Of a stretch of DNA of 64,000 nt, positions 48,337 to 60,255 are shown in pieces. The notes beneath the pieces were generated by a model, which saw only the letters and a list, made by a program, of their open reading frames with translations, searched no databases and was not told where the DNA came from. This DNA comes from Marsupella aquatica (taxonomy: Eukaryota > Plantae > Marchantiophyta): positions 11,996,834 through 12,060,833 of the forward strand of contig OZ316899.1 in assembly GCA_973895155.1 (NCBI GenBank), in the 5' to 3' direction. Each line of letters begins with the position of its first letter. The stretch's first letter is position 1. A program made the translations under genes and the position numbers.

Positions 48337-51300
48337 TGTGATGCCTAGCCAGGAATCACTCGGCCAGTTAAGTGGGTAAAGTAGGAGTGCACCCTAGAAA
48401 CACCTTAGTATAGGGACAAAACAAGGAAAATATAAACAATTAGGGGCGACCATGGAACCCGGGCCGAGGCCGGAGGTAAGGACGCTGGGGGTGAAAACTC
48501 GATTAGGGTTAGGGCGCGTTAAGCGTCGGCGGCTAGGAAGGATCAACGGGAGGAAGGACCGGAAGAGGAGAGGGGCAAGGAGCGCTTGCAGGAGATGGTG
48601 GCTCATTTACGAGCACAAACTAGGCAGACGACTAAGGGAGGCCAACTACTGTCAGCTGCTTAGGCAAGCACTCGGGGAGAGAGTAGATACCGACGATCGA
48701 CCTAAGGAGGGTATGAGCAACGTCAATCAAGCGGCACATTTCTGGGGATGCCTGTTCGAACGGGCAACTAAGTACATCAAGACTTACGAGGACGAGGAAT
48801 CAGAAAGGGCAGCTCGAGAACGGCAGGAGCTCGCTCGATTGTGGGAGCTGCAGAAGACGGCTTTCTTAGGAGGCAAACTCATCAACGCCGAGTTCTTGTG
48901 GACTCCTACTTCCAATCAGCTCGACGATCTTCTGTTTTGTAAAGACAGAATCATCGGCATTCGAGAGGCCATCAAGAACTGCAACGACATACACTGGGAA
49001 TTGAAGGGTAGCACGGAAAGGTGGACCCCGGCAACAGTGCTAGGAGAAACCTCCACGACAGCAGAGATGAAGAGGAAGGGAGCCGTCAACGATGAAGCCA
49101 CCCCGGCAAAAAGAACGAGGTCGGCGGCACCAAAGAAGCCAGTCGAGCAGCAGAGCAGGAGGCAGGGAGAAGCCGAAGAGGAGGAGGTTGATCCCATCAA
49201 TGCCATTCCAACCAGGGATGACACCTGGAAAGGCTGGGCGGCAACCCTACCGGTGGAGGTGCAACTACATTTTGCACGGGAGGAGGATGCATGCTTTACG
49301 GCCATGCAGACCAAGAAGTACCAAGGCTTCATGGCCGGATCCGGCTTAGAGGCCTTTGTAAGATTACCATGGCTGAAGCCGGAGGTACCGGATTCAGACC
49401 TATTAGAATTCGTGGGGTCATGGGAACCCGAGACCAATTGCACGAGGATATATGGGAAGGATTTCTATCTTACTCCCAAGGTGATTGCCGAAGTGTTTGG
49501 CTTGCCGATAGGCAATAAGACCAAAGTTGATACCAGGAAGACCTTGCCTGACAAGGAGTTCCGGTCGTTCCTCGGGCCATCAACGAAGAATGGCTTCTTC
49601 CGGAACACCTGCACCAACCCACACATAGGAGAGATGATCGACTTCTTGCGGGTGACAATGCACTGTAACTTGCCGAGGGCAGAGATCGGCAAGGCACAGG
49701 TCTATCTGGCAGAGAGGCCAGACCCAAGCCGGGACTACAACGGGTACCTCCTCAACCAATTGAAGAAGATCTTAAAGGAGGAGCAGCAGGTAATCGGCAT
49801 GGGGAGCGTGTCGCGACTTGGCTATCACATGTCGCTGTTGTGCCGGTATGCCAGAGGTCAGACCTTTGCCCCAGTACTTCCCCTGCAGGTAAGGACACCC
49901 GAGGAAGCTCCAGCACCGAGGCCGGTAGCAGAGAAGCCTCAACCACCTGTTAGCCCTACGATTGAGCAGGTGTTTAGGCCAAGGACGGAGGACTTGCCGA
50001 TGCAGCAACCAGGCATGCAGAATCTGCTGAAACTACTGGAGAAAGAAAAGAGATCGGCATCGGCAACGACAACGACAACGACAATCGCAACAATGCAGGA
50101 CACTGCTCCAAAGGTAGGCCTACACCGGCTTACAAGGGAAAACCCCTTTACTGGAGACAAGGAGAGAATCAGGCCAGAATCCAAGCCGGGTGTTCGAATA
50201 TACGTGGGAGTCTCAAGCTCTGAATCTGAGGCAGAATTGCCTGAAGCTCCTACCGACGAAGAGGAGAGGGAGAAGCCGGAAGTCCAAGAAGTAGAGGAGG
50301 CAGTGGAGGATTGCAGCCATGATAACTCCGGCTATGGGTCGGACCATCACGTTCCAGGAGTAAGGACCTGTGGCCGGTTTATCCCCACACTTCCAAGGGT
50401 AGTACGGGGGGACCCCAACCAGTAGAGTAGCCCTGAGTCTCCCCCACCAGATGTTGCTCCCCCGAGCTTTGACGGCATAAAACAGACGGCGCAGGAATTT
50501 CAGGAGCGAATCAGGCAGGAAGAGAAGGAAGCCCTGGCTAGGGAAAAGGATTTGCCAGGAGGAGATTGGCCGGAGGACATCAGGCGGCTAGCCAAAAAAG
50601 GAAGCAAACCTCTAGCCACGATTGAAGAGATCCGCAAGACGGCTTGGGAGCAGAGGCCGCGGTGGATGATGCCGATGACTTCTACTTCCTCCACCTATGC
50701 TAAAGACAGAGCCATGGAGTATGGGGAGATGTGTGGAGAACTGGCGCTCAACATCTTTGGGGAGGAGTTGGAGCAGGGACCCTTTTTCCAGAGGGAGATG
50801 TTGGAGAAGCGCCAATTAGAAGAAGCGGTGGCCTTGGAAAGAAGCAAGAAGGACGAGGTCATCCGTCGGCTTAGGGAAAGGGAAGCCGAAATCAAGGACC
50901 TGAGGGTGGCCAAGAAAGCCCAAGATGAGCTACGGATTAAGCGACATGAGCTAAATATCATGCAGGGCCAGTTGGATACCGCACAATCTGATAATCGGAT
51001 GATCGAGAATCTACTGACGCGGACCCAAGGAGAGTTGGCCGACGCAATCAAGGACAGGGAGAAATGGAAGCGAGAGCTGAGGAATGCAGAGGAGGCCCAC
51101 ATCACAGCCAACAACTGGGCCATGGCGGAGACCCAAAGAAAGGAATGGGCGTTGAAGGGGGAGCTCGAGAAAATCCGCGGAGCCCTTGAGCAGAAGGAAG
51201 CCGAGTTAGGGAAATCCTATCAAGGGATTATGGCCCTGCAGCAAGAGCTTGCGTCCCTGACGGCCAGCTTCAAGGCCGACCTACGGGAGAAGGACGAGAT

Positions 51301-53038
51301 GCTCGATCAGACTTACGCCAAGATGAACCAGATGGAGTCTGTCATCATTGCAGAGCTCGACAAGGAGCTAAGAGCAACCCGGGACGAGAGGGCTACCTTG
51401 AAGAAAGAACTGGAGGAAGCCCACAGGGAATGGGAGGAAGCCCAGAAGGAACTAGAGGAGGCGCGCAAGGACCTGGACGAGGTGCAGGAGGAGTTGGAGG
51501 AAATCACGAGGAAGATGGAGAACCTACAGCGGCGGGCCGACAACCAAACAGAGCGGCTGAAGAAACAAGCCGCAGTATTTAAGTGCTTGTCTTCATCAGG
51601 CCCAACTCCAATTGGGGCAACCAAGTTACCAGGAGTGGTACTGGCCGAAGAACAAGCCGCGCCACCTGCACCAGTGCCGGAAGTAAGTGGGAAGGGGAAG
51701 GGACCAGCTGCCGAACCAGAAAAGAAGAAGAAGCGGAAACCTTCAGGGTCAAAGAGTAATACGACTCCGCTGGCCGTGGTGACCAAGGAGGTAGACCCAG
51801 CACCAACCTCCGGCATGAACACGGCAATAGATTCCGCTATCACCAAAGGTGGGGATGACGCGGCCCAAGCCGAACTACTCAATAATGAGGCCGGTATCCC
51901 AGATCCGCCTCTTGAGCAGGCCGGGGAGATCATGGCCGAGGCTGAGGCCGTAGCCGAGAATGATTCCCGAGCCGACGCCGATGCCGATGGTAGACCCAGT
52001 CAGGCCGATGGAGAGTTGACTCAGTCAAGGGCAGGTAATCTGTCAGAGAACGAACCTACGACAGTGGCTGAGGAGGAAGCGTTGGGGGCGTCCATTGAGG
52101 ATCCACCACCGGTGTCGTGACGGTGCAAGGGCGCCGTTCCTTTTAGGAAGGGCGGACGTGGAGGTAGGAGGCGTGAGTGGGCAGGGCGAGCGCTGATCTC
52201 CAAGTTTAGGATTAGGATCAGGACCAGGAGGCGGCCCTGACACTTAGCTTAGTGGAATTGCGGTTCCACTGGCAGGAGCAACACTTGTGCTCCTGCCTTG
52301 CTGTACATAGGTAGATTCGGGCAAGTAGATTACTGTTAGGTAGATTAGGCTTATGCTGCAAAGAATTAGGCGGATCCACTACCAGGATAAATACCTGGGC
52401 AGCGGGGAGCTCAGGGCCTCTTCTTTAGCAAGTTTTTAGTTTGCACCAGCCGGGCTGGGATCAAGTAGTAAGAGAAGCTCTCGGTTAGTCATACCGTGAC
52501 CTTGTGTATATTCATGTTTCCTCATGCCTAAGAGCTGAATAGAGTTGGCCTCACGGCTTAGTTCGCAGAGCTTGTGTATGAGATGTACTGTTTGTATGGC
52601 AAGTGCATGGTATGACTCAGTCAGAAGGAGTCATTTTGCTATTTGTGTGTCGTATTAACTTGTGTGAAGAGTGCCCACATCAACCAGAAGGAAGGAAAGT
52701 AAGCAAGGGAGTGAGAGTTGGATGTGTCGAGCTGAGAGAGGTCTTAGCGGCTTAACCAAGCCTATTGGGGATCATTTCGGCGGCGGAATCCAAACATACC
52801 TAACAAGATGGAGGGGAAGACAAGGGAAGGCCTAGATTAGGCCGGCTACGTATCTCATGACCCGATGAAGGATCTGTCCAGTATATGTGTGTAAAATGTT
52901 AATAGTAGTAGTAGAAGGAAGTTAGCAGCGTCCCATGCCGCTAAGCCACGGAAACGGCCTCGCCAAGCATGAAACCTGCGGGAATCGGCTTGAGCTGGGG
53001 GGGTTTCTTGGGTTTAGGGAGCCATGGGACGCACCACA
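48337..53038 (+). mobile_element. 4702-bp solo LTR containing a long ORF
   Basis: TG..CA ends, perfect TSD GAGTC (48332-48336, 53039-53043); first ~226 bp and last ~977 bp match the 1.2-kb LTRs at 11113 and 17905; no PBS, PPT, gag or pol. Confidence 0.95.
48713..52120 (+). CDS. LTR-encoded ~1135-aa protein (Transposase_32/Athila-ORF-like domain plus long coiled coil), one in-frame TAG at 50423
   Basis: ORFs 48452-50425 and 50552-52120 share a frame; the sister copy has CAG (DPTQQSS) at the stop; LLEFVGSW..IYGKDFYLTPKVIAEVFGLP; E/K/L heptad region. Confidence 0.8.
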
Positions 53039-55201
53039 GAGTCTCTCCCACTCTGACAAGGCGCGGGGTGGAAACTTTCCCTCAGCTGGGTACATTGAAT
53101 ATAGATCAACAAGATGGTCACCATCTTTTATCATCACCCACTTTTGAAATGCACCAGGGTAAGCCCACAAAACCTCAAGAGATCTCAACTCCATCCACAT
53201 GTAGAAACGGTAAACATATCATTTGGCACGTTTTTGGTTTCGCTCAGTGTAGTCCTCCTTGTCTGCGTACTTTGATGGCCACATTATGTTGAAAAATTTA
53301 GCCTTGACAAGGTCTCCAAATGATTTGAATTCTTCAATAATGGACTTCATGAGAAAATCCAGGGACTCACAACCAGACTTCACGAGACGATCATCTGGCA
53401 TGCGATCCAAAACCTACTCCAGCAAGGTCAGGATCAATCCAGTAGCAATTTCCTCCACTGAATTCCAGATATGCCAGGTATGACACCACTATTTTACAGG
53501 ATCGTCGTTCACACTAGCCTGATGAAAGAACTGTTTCCGAATCTCCGGAGTACAATGGGTGACGAGAAGTGTACACCTTAACTTCAGATCCAGATAAGTC
53601 ACTGCAATAAACAGGCGAGTGCGATCCATAGTGCAAACAATTGTATCAGGTTTCTTTTCTCTTTTTCTTCTCTGTCACGGAAAACATTTTGGCACATGTG
53701 CCCAAGTAGTCATCAAAATCAGGGTGCAGTAATGGACTGATCTTTGTTACTTTGATCGCCCAATCTTTTGTCGCTTCCTTCATCATAGCTTCATGCCTCT
53801 TCTGTGTCTCCTCTTTGGACCACGGAGTCCCCTGGGTGGCTGCAAAATCCATGTCCACTTTGAAGTGGTTTGTGTAAGATTTAATCTTGTTCTCACACAA
53901 AATGTAGATGAGCGCGTCTTGTGGCATCTTGTGTGTATACCAAGAACCCTTGCGAGTCTTCTTTTGAATGGCTTCAAACTTTGCATAACTTGTAGCATCA
54001 ATGAGGGGTTTGTAGTGCTCTAGGTTGCGTGATAAAAGACGAGAGATTCTATCGGCATCAAGAATCCAAGATGGCTCGACCACAGCTTGTCCCAACCTAC
54101 GTGAAAATTTAAATGGAAATTAGCAGCGTCAGGCACTAGTAAAACACCAACGATAAATATCACATCAAAACTCCATCTTGAACTAGTACGTCATATTAAA
54201 TGAGGTTGTCCTGAACATTGACTTACTGGTTCACAGCGTGCATGGTAGCCTCGAGCTCCACGAGGGAACCTTTATCTCCATTGAAAACAATGCAAGTCAC
54301 ACAAGGGTGGTACTTGATGTTGTCCGGATGCTTTGCTGTCACAATCGACCACGAATACAAACGGTGATTTCCATCGAAGACACAAAACATCTTCTCCTTC
54401 AAAACTTTGAAATCCGGATCAGCGTCACACTCTTCCTCAAACTTGTCATTCTAGGCAACCCAGATTGGGTCCCAAGAGGCTCGAATCTCATTAGTGAAAA
54501 TTTGTGGAACCCCATCTGCATTTGTTGGCTGAACGTAGAATGGCATGCCCATGCGCAAATTGTATCCAGAAATCCGCTCTGCTTTTGCAATGTCCGCACG
54601 ACTTCCGTATGAAGCAATCGATACCCTTCTCCAATCCTCTGAAATCTTTGCCAAAGGACAAGACATGCTTGGAGATGTAATCGTCCATTGAAAGAGGCTG
54701 AAAAGGTCGCTAAGACTCACCTTGCAAAGGAGTTCCAGGCGAATCCACGAGCTACGCCCGCTGGGATAAGAAATGCGGCTACAAACTCTCTAACCAATGC
54801 CCTCTATGAGGATTCCATCAAGGAAATATCTTTGGAAGAGGAGAAGGAGATCTGGGAGTCCCTCATGGTTGTTGCTACCCCCAAAAGTTTGCCTCTGTTC
54901 TGCAAAGTGTGAGGCAAGACTAGAAAGGTAAAGGTGAGCTCAAATATTTGGTGAGGATGCAAAAGTGTGTGAGACTTCCATTTCTTCATAGGTATTTGCT
55001 TCCAGGCCAAGGATGTCGAGACAAAAGTGCTCACATCTTCAAGATGACTGTGAAAGGGGAAGGATCTGGGATTGACCTTCTCCGGAAAATGCAGCCTGGT
55101 GGTTCATTGGAGGGGTCATGGGTGAGTTTCGACGTCATGCATAGAATTACATCAGACTGGCTAACCTTTAGTGTTCATGTATATGATCATCACTATCAGG
55201 G

Positions 55202-57035
55202 TGTGACACGGGTAACGTGTCACATAACCAAACGCATGTCCTAGATTAAAACTTATACGGTCATTAGGACCGTAGCCGTAGCGTAGAATAGCACGGATAG
55301 CCGTTTTTGACATTATGAATAGATTAGGAGTAGATTAGTTCACCAAATGATTACAAATTAAGGAAGAGGATTATTACGCTTGACCAAGGTATGGTGGCGG
55401 CGGTGGAGTAAAAATCCGTTAGGAGATCATGCTTGGACCGAGACGCCGACTTCAGCTCATTAACGACCAAAACGGCCTTGCCCTCTCACGCTCGAGCTCA
55501 CCCTGGCACCCCCCATAAGAGCGGAGTCAATGGCACTGCAGGCCATTTGCTCATTTCTACCTTTCGGAATTTGTGATGCCTTGCCAGGATCACAAAGTAC
55601 TTAGTTAAGCCTAAAATAATGGCTAAATAAAGATTAGGTAGATAGAATAAGGGAGGAATAAGGATCAAAGTTGATTGCAACGTGTTCGGGGGAAATTGTG
55701 ATAGGATAGGATCCAACGGTCGCGATTAAGTAGGATTAGGGTTATGACCTAATCTGGGCTTGATCAGGTAAGCCATCAAGAGGCGGCTTCGTAGGGAGGG
55801 GACAGACACTCTGTACACTTGGTCATTTGCTTGTTTGATCAACCTAGGGAGGAGGAAGCAGCTGCCGATTGATCGGGGGAGGTGGTTAGGGAATTGCTCA
55901 AGCTCTTTTCTCTTTCCCTGGAATGACCACGATGAATCAAGCGGCCAAGTTTTGGGGTTGTTTGCTTGAAGAAGCACGGCAACTCATACCAACTTACAAA
56001 GACGTCGAGCCGGAACAAGCAGCAAGGGAACGGGCGGAGCTCGCGCGGTTATGGGGAATTCATAAGACGGCTTTTGCGGGAACAGAAGAAGTCCTTGAGA
56101 AATTCGCATGGACTCCCACCAGTGCCGAGCTTGACGAATTGCTGATCCAACAGAATCGAGTCGTTGGAATTTGGGAGGCGATTAAGAACGCTGGGCAGCC
56201 GGTGTGGGAGTTGAAAGGTCACACTTTGGCTTGGAGCAAGGAAGCCATTCTTGGAGAGTTCTCAGGAATGGAGGAGATGAAGCGAAAGGGTAGTTCGGCA
56301 TCTGCAACACCAGCTAAGCGGAACCGGTCGGAGAGGCAGGCTAAGGCTGAAGCCGTTCCAGTTTGTGATAGGGCAATAGAGGATAAGTTGATGGCAGGTT
56401 GGGCGGATAGACTACCTGCCGACTTACAACTGCAGTTTGCACGAGAAGAAGATGAGGTCTTTTGTGCTATCCAGGATAACAAGTATTCAGGATACATGAA
56501 CAACACTGGCTTAGAGGGATTCATCTGATTACCATGGCGGTTAAAAAAAATACCAGATGAGGATCTGTTGGACTTTGTGGGATGCTGGGAGGCTTCTTCC
56601 AACATGACGTTGTTGTATGGAAAGGTGTTCGAACTAACACCTACGCTTATCGAAGCCGTCTTCGCTTTACCAACAGGAAGGAAGACTAAGGTGGAGCAGA
56701 GGAAGACGTTGCCGGATGACCAGTTCAAGTCATTTCCAGGGCCTTCCACTAAGAATGGGTTCTTCAGGAATCAATGTACAAACCCGCATATAGGGCAGCT
56801 GATTGATTTCCTGAGAGTCACGTTGCATTGTACCTTGCCAAGAGCAGAAATCGGCAAAGCCCAGGTATTTTTGGTGGAGAATATCGATTCAAGCCGAGAC
56901 TACAACGGCTATCTCTTAATGCAGTTGAAGAAGGCATTAAATGAAGAGAAGCAGAGCATTGGGGAAGGAGCGATATCCAGACTAGGGTACCATCTGCAAT
57001 TACTTTGCCGATATGCAAGAAGCCAGTCTTTCGTA
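55202..57035 (+). mobile_element. Truncated LTR-like insertion carrying a diverged homolog of the LTR ORF
   Basis: Starts TGTGACAC at the break in the transposase; ORF 55923-57030 MTTMNQAAKFWGC..STKNGFFRNQCTNPHIG..LLCRYARSQ; right end lost. Confidence 0.7.
55923..57030 (+). pseudogene. Diverged homolog of the N-terminal part of the LTR-encoded ORF
   Basis: Collinear with 48713-49870; in-frame TGA at 56526. Confidence 0.85.
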
Positions 57036-60000
57036 TGTCAAGAGAGATCGATGATTGGTGGCAAGCTGGAAATTGCCATCATGGGAAGCTTCGAATGTTG
57101 CAAGGATTGCTCTCATGGTGGGTGGTTTGTTGGAGACAGTGGGGAAACTTCATAAGACTGGTAAGTCTTTTCTTAGATTCACAATAGTCTGTTATCAATG
57201 TTTTGTAATAGCGCCCCACGCTACTATGGAAAATTAGTACTTGAAGTCCAATTCCTTGGTCCGATATAGTAGTGCCAAGCGCTAGTGTGAACAAGGAGAC
57301 TTTTGCAACTACCAACATGACATTGATGCAAGAGATTTAATAGCGCCAGGCGCTACTAATAATTAGAGTATAGATAGCGGAAATACAACCAATACTTGCC
57401 GCAAATTATTGTAGTTGCTAAATATATTTATTTGTTTTTGGTGACAGAGCAAGACTACTGAGGAGGCAAGTATGATTCCGAATTGTACTGGATTGGAATC
57501 AGTGCATGTAGGCATGAAGGCGTGGCAAATGAAGAAGCAGGTTGGCCTCATGGAGGGATGCAAAACTAACCAAAACCGAGCCATATGTCAGATTGCAGCT
57601 TATACTGCATACGGTCGAGGATTACATCGGGAATTGGACCCACTATCTTTGAGCTGGCTTTCAAATCTGTGGACATGACAGGGTCTCCACGTCTATTTGA
57701 AGAAGCAACCAATCTCCTTCTTTCCAATGCAGCTGAATTTGATTTGAAAAGAATTGTTCCATTGAATGGAGACGTCATAACGCGATCAGTTAAACAAAAG
57801 GTAATGCAAGTGGGAATGTCTCGGCACAAGACTCTCACAGGCATGATACTATCCTTGTAACTTCACCAAATACAAGGGGTTTGAAGAGGAGAAACCTTCA
57901 TTCCATAGACTTCGAGAAGATGTCTTCCACACCTTTTACTGGTGGAAGTGGCATCGTTAATTTGTCTCAAATTGAGAGTGAAGATTCTGAGGAGGTCATC
58001 GTCCTTGAAACACCTTCACGTCGAACGACAAGATCTTATGTTCCTCCCGTCATACATCAAGCTGAGGCCGCGCCTGAGGAATCTCTTCTCCCGATGGAAA
58101 GTGACATAGCTCCAGGTCTGTGGCAGCTCCGACGAACTTCAAAATATGGTGTTGGTCCAACTTGTGATGGGATGCTCGGTTGGAGAGGGAGCCGCAATGA
58201 ATGTCAAAATTGAGTAAAGAAGATTGGGTTTCCAAATCCAAGAGTTGTCGGAATTTCTGTAAGAGGATGTAGACTTTTTAGAGGAGAACCTCATCCAGAC
58301 CATATATGGTTTTGCCCAAACAACAAATGTCACAAAAGTTGGCCAAGAAGAGGTGTTTCAAACATTCCCAATATACCACCCGTTCTTCCCATTGCGAGAG
58401 GGACCAATCTCTAGGAGGGCAAGATCCAATTCTTGAGAGAACAAGGACTAATTGGGACAGGAGAGGTAAGGGAAGGTCAGGAGCCATCCCCGTCTGAGTT
58501 ACGCATCGATGTGAATTTTTTCCAAGAGAGGATCAATTTAGCGGACTCAATTTTCAGATGTGGCTCCAGGAATGGAAGGAAGTGCTTGCAGAGAGTGAAT
58601 CTAACTCAAACACATTACAAGAAGATCGAAGCATCCGAAACAGAAGTAATGAGACTCGTATGCAAGAGAGATGTCATGAGTGGGAATGCGTGGGGAAAGC
58701 AGTATTGTATCAGAACACATGAACATGAGAGGACTGTTGCCTCTTATTGGGTGCAGATTTGTTGTTTTCCTTGCTGTTCATGTGAGGATTTCTATCATAG
58801 GCACATTTATAGGAAACCTTACATGCCTTGCAAACATCTATATTGGGTATTCAGGACTGTTTTGAAGTTGAGTCTTCACGATTCGACACTATCTAGTCAA
58901 CCAGTTCTGACATTGGGCGAAGTCCGTTACCTACTTGATCGACAAAATGAAACGGACATGTAGTCAATTTGGTGACGTTGAACAGCTCTAAGTGGCATTT
59001 GTCTTTTCTAATGGGGAGAAGAAGTACCCGTTTCTTATCCAAAAATATGTAGTGTCTGTCGCTAGCGTCTAGCGCTAGCCAAAATTTGCAACAGATAGCA
59101 AACATATTGACTGTTAAATAAAGTGCGTCTTCTTATAATGACCTTTATATTGTTTGTTATTTATCATTGAATGGTGGGCCCATTATGTCAGCATTTCAGT
59201 GAGCGCTTATATGGTTGTTGTTTTTTAACATGGAGCCCTTTTCGTCAACTTTGAATAACCTAGAAAACTTGTACAAGTAAATAGTTTCTCGTATGAGTAA
59301 ACAGATTTTCTGCTATGAGTAATTGAATTCCTTGTATGAGTAAATTTTTGCTCGTATCAGCAGAAATTTTGCTCGTAATAGCAAATCTATTTACTATTTG
59401 CTATCACGGTGTCGTGACGAACCATTTTGTACCGAGACCAGGGATGAGGAAGTTGATTGGTGTTCCATATTTAGTGAGCTGCAAGTGTTGTGGAGTCAAA
59501 TCGTTTTGACTTCAAGCTCGACTCTCAGAGTTGATTGGTGTTCCGTTTTCAGTGAGCTGTGAGTGTTGAGGAGTCAAATCATTTTGACTTCAAGCTCAAC
59601 TCTGAGTGACGATTGGTGTTTTGTTTCTGATGAGTTTTGGGCATACAGAAGCTAAGGAGTTGGTTGCGATTGGAATGCAAAAGGCTGTTGGTTTGTCTTT
59701 GGGCAATCAAGAGTCTGGCCGTTGAGTTTTGAACCCGCTTGGCGGTGACTCGTTGGGCGGGGATGCTGTTTCTGAGGTGTATTTGAGGCCTGGGCTTTGG
59801 CTCAGTCTAGGGGAGTCAATCGTTTTATGGAGATTTGGATTGAGGATTGAGGTGCTACCAATTGTGAACCAGCGAGCTTGGGAGTTGGATCGTTGGTGAT
59901 GCAAACTAATAGACTTCGAGTAGGATTGAACTTCTAAGCTTGAGCACTTGAGGAATTGGATTTCGTGGATTTTCCGACTTGATAGCCTTTGAGAGGACGA

Positions 60001-60255
60001 TAGCTCGATGGAAGATAGATAGTAGCCCGCCAAAGGGTTAGAGATCAGACTTTCACAAGTGACCTGCCCAAGGGCACCCATTGTATTGATCACGAGATTT
60101 TCAAAAAGTAAAGTGTTTGAGTTTGGGCCTCAAATCGTGTCTATCACTTGTCTAGATCGTAGCCTAAAACAGTTTGTTTTCCTGAGGTGACCCTTGCATT
60201 GAGTCCATGCAACATTGGCGACCATACTGGGGATACCTTGTGGCAATTAGGCAAG

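Larger units (their letters stand above)
46028..54620 (-). pseudogene. Multi-exon accessory gene: ParB/Srx-like domain, helical middle, degenerate beta-class N4/N6 DNA-methyltransferase-like domain, acidic tail
   Basis: MFCVFDGNHRLYSW (DGNHR at 54375-54361); GT-AG intron 54226-54097 keeps frame; frame restored across the solo LTR (EWERL|HCPWY); VDAGFIYLPNG at ~47494-47462; RLPVGFMQSVLELITLPGDIVMDWIVGGESTFVVGDHCRRFVVGIE at ~46859-46720; several stops and frameshifts. Confidence 0.7.
54688..58963 (+). pseudogene. MULE-like transposase with C-terminal SWIM zinc finger, disrupted
   Basis: IFKMTVKGEGSGIDLLRKMQPGGSLEGSWVSFDVMHR..HVYD; WW..SWWVVCWRQWG; LESVH; SWIM CSCEDF..PCKHLYWV in 58433-58963; split by the insertion at 55202. 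Confidence 0.7.
45509..59409. mobile_element. MULE/SWIM-type DNA transposon with a ParB/MTase-like accessory gene (copy 1)
   Basis: Left end AGGAGGCTTTTCACGGTGACAGCAAACAG shared with the copy at 62843; imperfect inverted copy CTATTTACTATTTGCTATCACGG at ~59387-59409; SWIM transposase on +, accessory gene on -. Confidence 0.75.

Noticed and set aside
50423-50425. Programmed stop-codon readthrough in the LTR ORF
   Set aside because: The sister copy has CAG at this position, so a C>T mutation is simpler
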